This document shows, piece after piece, positions 1 through 8,138 of a DNA stretch of 50,662 nt (position 1 is its first letter; every line of letters starts with the position of its first letter). Source of the stretch: Dehalococcoidales bacterium (GTDB lineage Bacteria; Chloroflexota; Dehalococcoidia; Dehalococcoidales; CSSed11-197); the NCBI GenBank assembly GCA_028716145.1, contig JAQUQL010000002.1, forward strand, positions 1 through 50,662, read 5' to 3'. The notes beneath the pieces are model-generated. The model was not told the origin of the DNA. It was given only the letters and a program-made list of their open reading frames with translations, and did not search any database. Made by a program: the position numbers and the translations under genes.

Positions 1-446
1 TCATCATATGTACCGGGTACGTGTTTGGGCCATTGGCCGGATTTATGACTGGGGCGCTTACTGCCATCATTTCCAACCTGTTTTTGGGGCATGGCCCCTG
101 GACGCTGTTTCAGATATTCGGCTGGGGAATGGCAGGGGTAATACCCGGAATTCTCCCCCGCAACAAAGCTTATATTTGGATTCTGGCATTTTTTGGGTTA
201 GCCTGGGGTTACATATATGGGGCTATTGTGAACATTTGGGCATGGGCTTCTTTGATATATCCCCTGACATGGCAGACATTTTTACTTTCGATGCTAAACA
301 GTGTGTGGTTTGATACAATGCACGGTGTGGCTAATGTGTTATTTATTGCCATGCTTGGAAAGCGCACTATCAGCATAATGGAAAAATGGGGTCAGCGGTT
401 TTTCTGGAGAATAGATAATCCCATTAAAACTACACCTGATGAATAA
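1..446 (+). CDS. Polytopic membrane protein, ECF-transporter S-component-like; 5' end lies outside the window
   Basis: The reading frame is open from nt 3 (IICTGYVFGPLAGF...). It encodes a Gly/Trp-rich multi-TM sequence typical of ECF substrate-capture components. The GTG at 21 is only an internal codon. Confidence 0.45.
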   Translation, partial: IICTGYVFGPLAGFMTGALTAIISNLFLGHGPWTLFQIFGWGMAGVIPGILPRNKAYIWILAFFGLAWGYIYGAIVNIWAWASLIYPLTWQTFLLSMLNSVWFDTMHGVANVLFIAMLGKRTISIMEKWGQRFFWRIDNPIKTTPDE

Positions 447-525
447 TACTGCAGCTCCATGCGTTTTCAGGTGTTGCCTGTCAAACATTTAAGGGCTAGA
501 ATAAGCAAGCTGGCAAGAAGTAATC

Positions 526-1788
526 ATGATTTTTGATAATACCAAACAAAAGCTGAAAGAATTTTTTATTTCGCGTAACCGCCAGCTGCTATTTTTTGGC
601 CTTATTCATATCGCAGTCCTTTTTATCTGGCTGAATTATTCCCGCTTTGAGATAAGGATCCACCCGGATGTTGAGTTGTATTTTGAGTACGCTCAACAGA
701 TGTTTTCCGGAAATCTGCCATACCGCGATTTTAGCGTAGAATATCCACCGCTTGCTATGTTGTTTTTACTGCTCCCAAGGCTTTTTAGTGGAAACCTTGC
801 TGGCTATGCGGATGGATTTGCAATATTGATGTTGGCTTTTGACCTGTTGGGGTTATTCTTCATCAGCCGAATAAGTTCCAATCTGAAGCTTGGTCACTTT
901 ACAACGTTGGCGATTTACACTTTCTCCTTTTTTATTCTTGGCGATATCGTCATCAATCGTTTTGATGTGATACCAGCAGTGCTATCTCTGGCAGCCATCT
1001 ATTATTATACCGAGCATAAATACAAATCTGCCTGGTTTGTTCTGGCACTTGGAGTGCTTACAAAACTGTATCCGGCAATAATTGCCCCTTTGTTTGCCAT
1101 ACCTTTCATACAAATCCGCCAATGGAAGCCACTGATAAAAGGCACGGCTGTTTTTGTTGTAACCGGCCTTATCGGGGTTGTGCCATTTTTAGCAGCAAGT
1201 CCTGAAGGCTTCTGGGAGTTTATCAATTTCCATTCCGGGAGAGGGCTCCAGCTTGAATCAGGTTATGCTTCCTTACTGATGCTTGGCGATATTTTAGGGC
1301 TTACCGATGTTGAGATTGTGCTTGCTTATTCTTCAGTAGATATATGGGCGCCCGCTTCGGATTTTCTGGTTGCTGTATCTTCTTTTGTTACGATTGGCTC
1401 TATACTTATCTGTTACTGGTTTTATTATCGCAACTCCGTTAATGATCGGCATGGCAATGCCGATCTGGCTGGTTACACGCTGGGGGTTGTGGCTATATTA
1501 CTGCTTACCACCAAGGTCTTTTCAACTCAATTTGTGATCTGGTTGTATCCGATTATTCCTTTGATAGGCAATCATATGAGGAATCCCGCATGGATCATGT
1601 TTGGTATTATTGCGCTCTTGAGCCAGTATATATACCCGTTCAACTATGGGCAACTTATGGATTTTGAGCAGCCGGCAGTGATATTTCTCATTCTGCGCAA
1701 CTTATTGGTTTTTACTCTCGGTGTGCTCGTGATGTATGCATCATCGGGTTTTCGTGTTTCGGGGAATTCTTCAAACCAGTTGCGGTGA
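526..1788 (+). CDS. Integral membrane glycosyltransferase-like protein (GT87 / DUF2029-like, GT-C fold)
   Basis: 420 aa with about 10 predicted TM segments. The N-terminal motif LPYRDFSVEYPPLA is characteristic of DUF2029/GT87 mannosyltransferase-like proteins. Confidence 0.55.
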   Translation: MIFDNTKQKLKEFFISRNRQLLFFGLIHIAVLFIWLNYSRFEIRIHPDVELYFEYAQQMFSGNLPYRDFSVEYPPLAMLFLLLPRLFSGNLAGYADGFAILMLAFDLLGLFFISRISSNLKLGHFTTLAIYTFSFFILGDIVINRFDVIPAVLSLAAIYYYTEHKYKSAWFVLALGVLTKLYPAIIAPLFAIPFIQIRQWKPLIKGTAVFVVTGLIGVVPFLAASPEGFWEFINFHSGRGLQLESGYASLLMLGDILGLTDVEIVLAYSSVDIWAPASDFLVAVSSFVTIGSILICYWFYYRNSVNDRHGNADLAGYTLGVVAILLLTTKVFSTQFVIWLYPIIPLIGNHMRNPAWIMFGIIALLSQYIYPFNYGQLMDFEQPAVIFLILRNLLVFTLGVLVMYASSGFRVSGNSSNQLR

Positions 1789-1794
1789 TTATAC

Positions 1795-2760
1795 TTAGCT
1801 TAAGAAATCAACTTCAAGGTACTTTTTGCGGTTTTTGCTTATAGCCATATTATAGATGGCTCTGGCAACTGCGATATCCTCAATAGCAATACCAGTCGAA
1901 TCAAATACTGTAATATCATTTTCGTTCAAGCGGCATCTCGCGCGCCCGGTAATACAATCACCAAGAGTTGCAGTAATGGTATCCGGCGAAATGTGACCTT
2001 GTTTGATTGGTACATTTATCTCCCCCGATTTGGATGCCTGTTCGATGTCATCAACCACCAGCCTGGCGTTTTTCAATATTTCTGTCTCAAGCTCCTGTTT
2101 GCCCGGGGCATCGGCGCCGATAGCGTTTATATGCGTACCTTTTTTTATCCAGTCAAGACGTACGATTGGTTTGGTGGCCGGGGTTGTAGTGCAGATAATT
2201 GCGCTGTCACAAACTTCTTCAATTGAACCGGAGCTTACTGGAAGGCCGGGGTAGCTTTGAACAAATGCCTGTGCTCTATCATTATCTATGTCATAAATCC
2301 TGATGTGTTTTAGATTAAATAATTCCATATGTGCCTGGAGCTGAGTGTGGGCTTGCCGCCCGGCACCTATCAAACCGAGAGAGTCTGCTCCCGGATTAGC
2401 CAGGCATCTCGATGCTATTGCCGAAGCTGCTCCGGTTCGGTACGCGGTAATTTCGCCGGCATCCATTATTGCCAGAGGGCAACCCGTCTCAGGATCGGAA
2501 TATATCAAAACAGCCATAACAGTTGGAAGGTTGATCTGCCAGTTTGCCGGGTGAACATTTACCCATTTAATCCCGCTGGCCCCAGAAAGGGCGGCAGGCA
2601 TTGCCCGGAAATCCCCCTTTTCAAGGGAGACATAAGACTTGGCGGGCATTTTGGCTGTACCGGCCGCCAATTCAATAAAAGCCACTTCCACTTCCTTTAT
2701 TACCAGCTTCATGCTTATCAGATCTAATACGTCTCCCTTGGTAAGAATAAGGGTTTTCAT
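1795..2760 (-). CDS. Ornithine cyclodeaminase / mu-crystallin family NAD-dependent enzyme (archaeal alanine-dehydrogenase-like)
   Basis: 321 aa with the Rossmann motif LGLIGAGRQA and family-typical blocks (FRAMPA, GIKWVNVHP, TGAASAIASR). An AGGAGA SD lies upstream. Confidence 0.8.
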   Translation of the reverse strand: MKTLILTKGDVLDLISMKLVIKEVEVAFIELAAGTAKMPAKSYVSLEKGDFRAMPAALSGASGIKWVNVHPANWQINLPTVMAVLIYSDPETGCPLAIMDAGEITAYRTGAASAIASRCLANPGADSLGLIGAGRQAHTQLQAHMELFNLKHIRIYDIDNDRAQAFVQSYPGLPVSSGSIEEVCDSAIICTTTPATKPIVRLDWIKKGTHINAIGADAPGKQELETEILKNARLVVDDIEQASKSGEINVPIKQGHISPDTITATLGDCITGRARCRLNENDITVFDSTGIAIEDIAVARAIYNMAISKNRKKYLEVDFLS

Positions 2761-2869
2761 CCGTTTCTCCTGTTCTCTCAGTGGCGTTCAAAGATTCCGT
2801 TAATACTATTCAGTTAGTTTAAACTTTTATGCCCATATCAGGCAACGGTTACGCAAAGTTAGAAAATAG

Positions 2870-2898
2870 AAAAGGCGCTGGATTTACCAGCGCCTTTT
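2870..2898 (-). terminator. Intrinsic terminator hairpin, usable on both strands
   Basis: aaaaggcgctgg-attta-ccagcgcctttt forms a 12-bp stem. It is flanked by an A-run on one side and a T-run on the other, and lies directly downstream of the 24-codon mini-ORF. Confidence 0.6.
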
Positions 2899-2921
2899 CT
2901 TGTCCTTGCCTTGTTATTATT

Positions 2922-2996
2922 CTACTTGCCCTTTGGTTTCGCTGGGGTAGATGCCGGTTTGGACGGAGTAGCTCCCGGTTTGGGTTTGTCTGCCAT
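2922..2996 (-). CDS. Candidate 24-aa Lys/Pro-rich small protein (MADKPKPGATPSKPASTPAKPKGK)
   Basis: ATG preceded by GGAGGTG (3004-3010) with a 9-nt spacer from GGAGG. A perfect TTGACA-17-TATAAT promoter lies upstream and a strong terminator downstream. Too short for the ORF track. Confidence 0.4.
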   Translation of the reverse strand: MADKPKPGATPSKPASTPAKPKGK

Positions 2997-3068
2997 TTTT
3001 CGTCACCTCCTTTTGGGGTGTTTGAAAAGTAACATTGAATAGAGCGAATGGTGTAATTTAATACAAGA

Positions 3069-3097
3069 ATTATAATTCATTAATAAATGATTGTCAA
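3069..3097 (-). promoter_or_regulatory. Consensus sigma70-type promoter (TTGACA-17 nt-TATAAT) driving the mini-ORF transcript
   Basis: The minus strand reads gtgTTGACAatcatttattaatgaatTATAATtcttg. Both hexamers are perfect and the spacer is 17 nt. Confidence 0.6.
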
Positions 3098-3201
3098 CAC
3101 CCTTCGAGGAAATATTTTTATGAAAATTTCATCAGAAACTCAAATTTGTAGGGATAGGCAAAACCAAGTGTAAAAACAGGCTTCTTCAGTTTGTAGTAAA
3201 A

Positions 3202-3229
3202 TTGACAGTGTAGAAACTGGGTATAAAAT
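3202..3229 (+). promoter_or_regulatory. Putative promoter of the archease-rtcB operon
   Basis: TTGACA (3202-3207), 16-nt spacer, TAAAAT (3224-3229), about 25 nt upstream of the archease ATG. Confidence 0.45.
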
Positions 3230-3254
3230 CAGGCTTATCCAAAAGTAACAGCAC

Positions 3255-3668
3255 ATGAGAAGCAAATACCGGGTATTAGAACACACGGCAGATGTTGGTC
3301 TTCTTGCCAGAGGAGATACTCTGGCTGAAGCGTTTACAAACGCCGGCCTGGGGATGTTTGCCATTATGGTAGATTTGAGAACAGTCCGCCCAAGCTCCGT
3401 GATATATGTCGATATTGTAGAAGAAACCCATGAAAGCCTGCTTTTTGAGTGGCTTAACCGCCTACTGTATTACTTTGATACACAAAACATACTTTTTAGA
3501 AAACTGGAAATCAGAACCTTTGAAAATTACCACATAACGGCTGTTTGCTATGGTGAAGTATACAACTCCCAGCGCCATGCTATAAAAACCGGGATAAAAT
3601 CTGCCACATTTCATCGTATAATGGTTGATGCTAAAACAAACCAGGTGCGAGTATTTCTGGATGTGTAG
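3255..3668 (+). CDS. Archease (RtcB activator)
   Basis: 137 aa. N-terminus RVLEHTADVGLLARGDTLAEAF matches the archease signature (EHTAD). Confidence 0.85.
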   Translation: MRSKYRVLEHTADVGLLARGDTLAEAFTNAGLGMFAIMVDLRTVRPSSVIYVDIVEETHESLLFEWLNRLLYYFDTQNILFRKLEIRTFENYHITAVCYGEVYNSQRHAIKTGIKSATFHRIMVDAKTNQVRVFLDV

Positions 3669-3676
3669 GGTGTAAG

Positions 3677-5134
3677 ATGAAAAAAACAGAAGGTTGTCTT
3701 GAGAAAATAGATGATTTCCGGTGGCGGTTACCCTCTCAATACCAGGCGGGCATGCGAGTGCCTGGTATTATATATGCCTCCCGGGAAATGCTGCCCCATA
3801 TAACCGGTGAAAATGTGCTTGGTCAGGTAGCAAATGTTGCCTGTTTGCCTGGTATAATCCGTGCTTCTATGGCAATGCCGGATGTACATTGGGGTTATGG
3901 CTTTCCAATCGGTGGAGTTGCAGCTATGGACTTTGAGAGTGGAGTAGTATCTCCTGGTGGCGTGGGGTTTGACATAAATTGTGGCGTCAGGCTGCTTGGC
4001 ACTGCTATGGATTACTCCTCTATTCAAAGTAGTCTTGAAGAACTGGTGGAGGAGATGTACAAGAGCATTCCGTCAGGTCTTGGTGTTTCTGGCAGTATCA
4101 GGCTGGGGAATAAGGACATGGAAAATGTATTGTCTCAAGGGGCGAGATGGGCGGTTGAGCAGGGGTACGGCAGGGCGGAAGACCTGAGTTTTATTGAGGA
4201 AAACGGTCAGATGAGCGAAGCTGATCCTTGGGCGATTGGTATGCGTGCCAGGGAAAGAGGCGCGTGCCAGCTTGGGACCCTTGGATCGGGGAACCATTTT
4301 GTTGAAATCGGGGTGGTGGACGCTATATACGAACCGGAAGCAGCCAGAGTGATGGGTATAAATATGGAAGGCCAGGTTCTTCTCTGGATACATACTGGAT
4401 CACGCGGATTAGGCCACCAGGTCGCTGATGATTACATAAAGTTAATGCTGGGGGCTATGACAGATTACAATATAAGTGTCCCTGACAGGCAACTGGCGTG
4501 TGCCCCGGTGAGATCAAAAGAAGGTCAGGGTTATCTTGGCGCAATGCGTAGCGCTGCTAATTTCGCCTGGGCAAACAGACAGGTAATTACCCACATGGCC
4601 AGGCAGGCGTTTATTTCAGTGCTTGGCATAAGCAGGGAAACGGCAGGATTGCAGATTATATATGATGTGAGTCATAACATTGCCAAGGTAGAGAATCATG
4701 TTTTGGAAGGTGTTGTTAAAAAGCTATGTGTTCACCGCAAGGGGGCAACCAGGGCTTTTCCTCCCCATCATCCAGATCTGCCGAAAAAATATGCCCACAT
4801 CGGCCAGCCTGTTTTGGTACCGGGTGATATGGGGCGCTATTCCTACATAATGGCGGGTACACAAAAAGCAATGGAAATGACTTTTGGTTCTGCCTGCCAT
4901 GGAGCCGGGAGGCTGAAAAGTCGCAAAGAGGCGAAGAGGGTTATCGATGGCAGAGAAGTTGTCAGGGAAATGGCCAGTCGTGGCATTATCGTTAGGGCAG
5001 GAAGCCTCTCTGCGATCGCGGAAGAAGCCTCCTTTGCCTATAAAGATGTAAGCGATGTGGCTGATGTTATCGCCCAGGCAGGACTAGCGCGGCCCATAGC
5101 AAGAACTCGGCCTGTTGGCGTTATTAAAGGTTAA
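3677..5134 (+). CDS. rtcB: RNA 3'-phosphate/2',3'-cyclic phosphate ligase RtcB
   Basis: 485 aa with RtcB blocks MPDVHWGYGFPIGGV, FDINCGVR, GSGNHFVEIG and SCHGAGR. Confidence 0.95.
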   Translation: MKKTEGCLEKIDDFRWRLPSQYQAGMRVPGIIYASREMLPHITGENVLGQVANVACLPGIIRASMAMPDVHWGYGFPIGGVAAMDFESGVVSPGGVGFDINCGVRLLGTAMDYSSIQSSLEELVEEMYKSIPSGLGVSGSIRLGNKDMENVLSQGARWAVEQGYGRAEDLSFIEENGQMSEADPWAIGMRARERGACQLGTLGSGNHFVEIGVVDAIYEPEAARVMGINMEGQVLLWIHTGSRGLGHQVADDYIKLMLGAMTDYNISVPDRQLACAPVRSKEGQGYLGAMRSAANFAWANRQVITHMARQAFISVLGISRETAGLQIIYDVSHNIAKVENHVLEGVVKKLCVHRKGATRAFPPHHPDLPKKYAHIGQPVLVPGDMGRYSYIMAGTQKAMEMTFGSACHGAGRLKSRKEAKRVIDGREVVREMASRGIIVRAGSLSAIAEEASFAYKDVSDVADVIAQAGLARPIARTRPVGVIKG

Positions 5135-5147
5135 TGGCAGGACGCAA

Positions 5148-6566
5148 ATGAGCAAGAAAGATATATATTCCGATGGTTTTTATAAAGTCCTGAGTTTTGC
5201 AGCATCAAACAGCAGCTTAAAAGAAAAGCTGAATTTCATGGTCAACACAACAGCTGAATTGGTTGGAGGTAGTGCTTCCCTGATTTTGTTGGATTCCTCT
5301 GGTAGCCAGTTGATACCAGCCGTAACCTGCAAGCTGCCAAAATTCTATATCCAAAAAGGATTACTGGATCGTTTCAAAAGCCTTGATGAGATCGATTCCG
5401 GGCGGGCAGTAATAATAAATAATGTAAATACGGATGAGCGGGTTCAGTTTAAGGATATTGCCAAAAAAGCCAGAATCACAGCCATCGCCGGGGCAGCAAT
5501 CAATATTGGGGGAAATCCGGCAGGCAGTTTACGTATTTATTTACGTGATAACCGGGTATTTTCGGGTGAAGATGTAGATTTAATCCAGCGAATGGCTGAG
5601 CTGGCAGCATTAACTATCGCCCAGCATCACCTGTGCCAGGTTGAAAATAGCAATAGGGGTTTTGAAGAATTACCCTCGGTCATCAGGCAGATCAGGGAAA
5701 CGGTATTTGCCCATCCCAGTGAGGCGGAATTTGCCAGCCTGCTCGATTTTTATAATATAGAATGGGTTTATGAACCCCGCTCCTTCGTTTTGAACCAGGA
5801 TGGGAATCGGGTTACTGAAATGTTTAGCCCAGATTTTTATCTACCGGGTCTTGATCTTTACGTAGAAATCACTACTCTCAAACAAAGCCTGATAACCTAT
5901 AAAAACCGCAAGCTTCGCCGTTTGAGAGAGCTGTATCCGGAGATAAAAATCATCCTGATCAACAAAAACAATTATGACCGGCTTTTGTCAAAATACGGAG
6001 CAGGGCCGCTGGGGCAAGCCAGGGCGCACGGTATCCGAAAAATACTCTATTCTGCTGAAAAGATAAAAGAAAGGGTAGATGAGCTGGCCGCACAAATATC
6101 TGCTGACTACGAAGGGAAATGCCCGGTGTTGCTTGGAGTTCAGCGTGGGTTCATTTGTTTTATGGCCGACCTCATACGCCAGATAAGCGTTCCTATGGAT
6201 ATGGATTTTATGGCGATAAACCGATACAGAAAAGACAGCTTAAGCAGGCTTTCGATAACCAAGGATGCAGATTTGGATATAAGCGGAAGGCATGTGTTGC
6301 TGGTTGAAGATATAGTTGATACCGGCATGACCCTAAGTTCAATTTTGGATTACCTCAAGAGCCGCAAGCCTGCCAGCCTGGAAGTATGTACGCTGCTGAA
6401 CAGAAAAGCTCGCAGATTGATGGAAGTAGATATCCGTTATTGGGGATTTGAAATACCAGACGAGTTTGTTGTTGGTTATGGCCTGGACTATCGGGAAGAA
6501 TACCGCAATTTGCCATTTATAGGTGTCCCAATAATACTTGATGAAAAGAAAGAGCCGGTTAGCTGA
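5148..6566 (+). CDS. Three-domain fusion: GAF-like sensor + PD-(D/E)xK-like middle domain + hypoxanthine/guanine phosphoribosyltransferase
   Basis: The C-terminus carries canonical HPRT motifs (VLLVEDIVDTGMTL, VVGYGLDYRE). The N-terminal ~170 aa are GAF-like. The middle ~100 aa contain FSPDFYLPGLDLYVEITTLK. The ATG at 5148 lies 14 nt after the rtcB stop; an alternative TTG at 5115 overlaps rtcB. Confidence 0.75.
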   Translation: MSKKDIYSDGFYKVLSFAASNSSLKEKLNFMVNTTAELVGGSASLILLDSSGSQLIPAVTCKLPKFYIQKGLLDRFKSLDEIDSGRAVIINNVNTDERVQFKDIAKKARITAIAGAAINIGGNPAGSLRIYLRDNRVFSGEDVDLIQRMAELAALTIAQHHLCQVENSNRGFEELPSVIRQIRETVFAHPSEAEFASLLDFYNIEWVYEPRSFVLNQDGNRVTEMFSPDFYLPGLDLYVEITTLKQSLITYKNRKLRRLRELYPEIKIILINKNNYDRLLSKYGAGPLGQARAHGIRKILYSAEKIKERVDELAAQISADYEGKCPVLLGVQRGFICFMADLIRQISVPMDMDFMAINRYRKDSLSRLSITKDADLDISGRHVLLVEDIVDTGMTLSSILDYLKSRKPASLEVCTLLNRKARRLMEVDIRYWGFEIPDEFVVGYGLDYREEYRNLPFIGVPIILDEKKEPVS

Positions 6567-6698
6567 AAAAAAAGACGCTCCAAGTAACCTTTGCCTTTTA
6601 GGCTGAATCAACCAGGTGACCTTTTCAGAACCACGGTTGTGATACCTACTCAGGGTGCTCCCTGATTTGATGGCCTCAACTGCCCGGCTACTTGGAGC
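6566..6698 (-). ncRNA. Candidate ~130-nt structured sRNA of unknown family
   Basis: The promoter at 6705-6733 predicts +1 at 6698. The first 13 nt (GCUCCAAGUAGCC) pair with nt 110-122 of the RNA (GGUUACUUGGAGC, one G-U). There is an internal hairpin UCAGGG-AGCA-CCCUGA, and the RNA ends in U8 (plus-strand A-run 6566-6573). Confidence 0.4.
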
Positions 6699-6704
6699 AT
6701 CGTC

Positions 6705-6733
6705 AGTATCTCACAACCCATTAGCAGTGTCAA
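6705..6733 (-). promoter_or_regulatory. Putative promoter of the candidate sRNA
   Basis: The minus strand reads TTGACA-ctgctaatgggttgTGa-GATACT: a perfect -35, a 17-nt spacer and an extended -10 TGn. Confidence 0.45.
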
Positions 6734-6961
6734 AACGGTTTGCAGCTGTTTTTGTTTTATCAGAGTCTTTAAGAGCAGATTGATGTGCCTGAAAAATCGA
6801 TTTATCTCTGCAAATCTTAAAAAATCTTGGCTAGTCGGGCAGGTGAGGGCAGGACCCTGTCGCAGTAAATAAAGTTAACATAATATTAGAAAGAAAGACT
6901 CATGGGTGAATGTTTGGTGTTTACAGCAGGTCAAAACATTCTAAAGAGAGAGGGTAAAGAG

Positions 6962-7038
6962 TGGCGACCCCGAGGGGATTTGAACCCCTGATCTCCACCG
7001 TGACAGGGTGGCATGTTAGACCGCTACACCACGGGGCC
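6962..7038 (-). tRNA. tRNA-Asp (anticodon GUC)
   Basis: 77-nt cloverleaf. Acceptor GGCCCCG/CGGGGTC, anticodon stem CCACC/GGTGG with loop CTGTCAC, T arm AGGGG-TTCAAAT-CCCCT. CCA is encoded. Confidence 0.9.
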
Positions 7039-7108
7039 ACGCTTAACGCTATTGAAGTGTATCAAGAACCGCGAAGAATTGTCAACCAAAAAATATTAAG
7101 GCGGAACA

Positions 7109-7864
7109 CTACTTGTAAAACAGGTTTAGGCTGCTCACCAGACTGTTATTTTTGGCAATCCAAAATCTTCTGCCGCCAAGGTGTATGTTGTCCCAGGTAT
7201 TGACTACCGGTGTTTCGCTATACTGCACAACCGGGCCATGTTCTTCTTTCCAATCGTAGCGATATTCGCTCCAGCTTTCTTCCAGGTTCAGGTCGCTGTC
7301 GTCGTAACGATGGTAATCGGCACCCATCTCCTCAAAAATGCTTTCTATGTTTGAGCCGGAAACCAGGGTGCCGGTTCCGGAATAGGGTCCGTATAATTCA
7401 CTTGGATATTCAGGTTCTACTATCTTGCATTCAAAAGGGTTTGAATACCGGGCAACAGCGGTTTCGAGAGCAACATATTTAGTGTGCTGAATAGTGGTGC
7501 GAAGGTCTCTTTCCCAGTTATCAAGATTGTATAAAAGGCCGAAATGCAAAATCAGGTCGAACCTCTGGCTTAATATCCAGGGTTTTTCCTGATCAAGCAA
7601 TAACACCCGGGCATCCTGGTCTTTCTTTTTAACCATGTCCAGGGAATCCTGGCGCGCATCAGCGAAAGTAACATCTGCTCCCAGGCTCCTCAGATATAGC
7701 CCGATATTACCGAATCCGCAAGCCACCTCGAGAACATTTTTATTTTTAAACCACTCCCGCGAGAATATGTGCTCGAGCTTTTTAACTCTTTTTACCCGCC
7801 AGTCGTTAAAAACTCCACCAAAAAGCTCGTTTTCTTCATAAAGCAGGGATTCGTCTGCATACAT
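7109..7864 (-). CDS. Class I SAM-dependent methyltransferase
   Basis: 251 aa. Motif I VLEVACGFGNIGLYL and post-I acidic residue (VTFADA). The C-terminal ~90 aa are not assignable. Confidence 0.7.
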   Translation of the reverse strand: MYADESLLYEENELFGGVFNDWRVKRVKKLEHIFSREWFKNKNVLEVACGFGNIGLYLRSLGADVTFADARQDSLDMVKKKDQDARVLLLDQEKPWILSQRFDLILHFGLLYNLDNWERDLRTTIQHTKYVALETAVARYSNPFECKIVEPEYPSELYGPYSGTGTLVSGSNIESIFEEMGADYHRYDDSDLNLEESWSEYRYDWKEEHGPVVQYSETPVVNTWDNIHLGGRRFWIAKNNSLVSSLNLFYK

Positions 7865-8073
7865 TTGAATTACCTCTTAAGATGGCCTGAAAATCATCCA
7901 GGCGCCTGCATTTAGCGTTTGGCCACTGTAAACTGTTGCCTGGTTTTTCAGAGGCCTGAAAGTGATTGTAACAAAACACGAGTTAGAGTTCAAAAAGCTG
8001 ATAACCGGTTATATCTTCATCTCTGTCAGTCGGACGTCGCATGGCTGATGTTTACCCAAAGCTGTAACAAAAA

Positions 8074-8102
8074 TTGTTTGTATCAATTACGTGTGTTATA
8101 AT
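8074..8102 (+). promoter_or_regulatory. Putative promoter of rpsF-ssb-rpsR
   Basis: TTGTTT, 17-nt spacer, extended -10 TGtTATAAT (8094-8102), about 37 nt upstream of the rpsF GTG. Confidence 0.5.
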
Positions 8103-8138
8103 TAGCCAAATTTTGTTTGAGTAAGAAGAGGCAAAAGC

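Noticed and set aside
2829-3032. A 67-aa plus-strand ORF.
   Set aside because: It reads straight through the terminator hairpin and has no SD. The opposite strand carries a complete promoter/SD/mini-ORF/terminator unit.
6566-6698. Identity of the candidate sRNA as SRP (4.5S), 6S, tmRNA or RNase P RNA.
   Set aside because: I found no SRP domain IV motif (GGAA tetraloop / AGCAGC context). It is too short and too branched for 6S, and lacks a tRNA-like end plus tag ORF or P4 motifs. It is kept only as an unknown-family candidate. Its T-loop-like GGUUGAUUC is imperfect.
6961-7203. An 80-aa plus-strand ORF.
   Set aside because: Its first 78 nt are the reverse complement of tRNA-Asp, and the rest overlaps the methyltransferase 3' end.
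6962-7864. The idea that the SAM methyltransferase next to tRNA-Asp is a Dnmt2-like tRNA-Asp methylase.
   Set aside because: The protein has a generic class I SAM fold (VLEVACGFG) but none of the C5-cytosine methyltransferase motifs (PCQ, ENV). Adjacency alone is not evidence.
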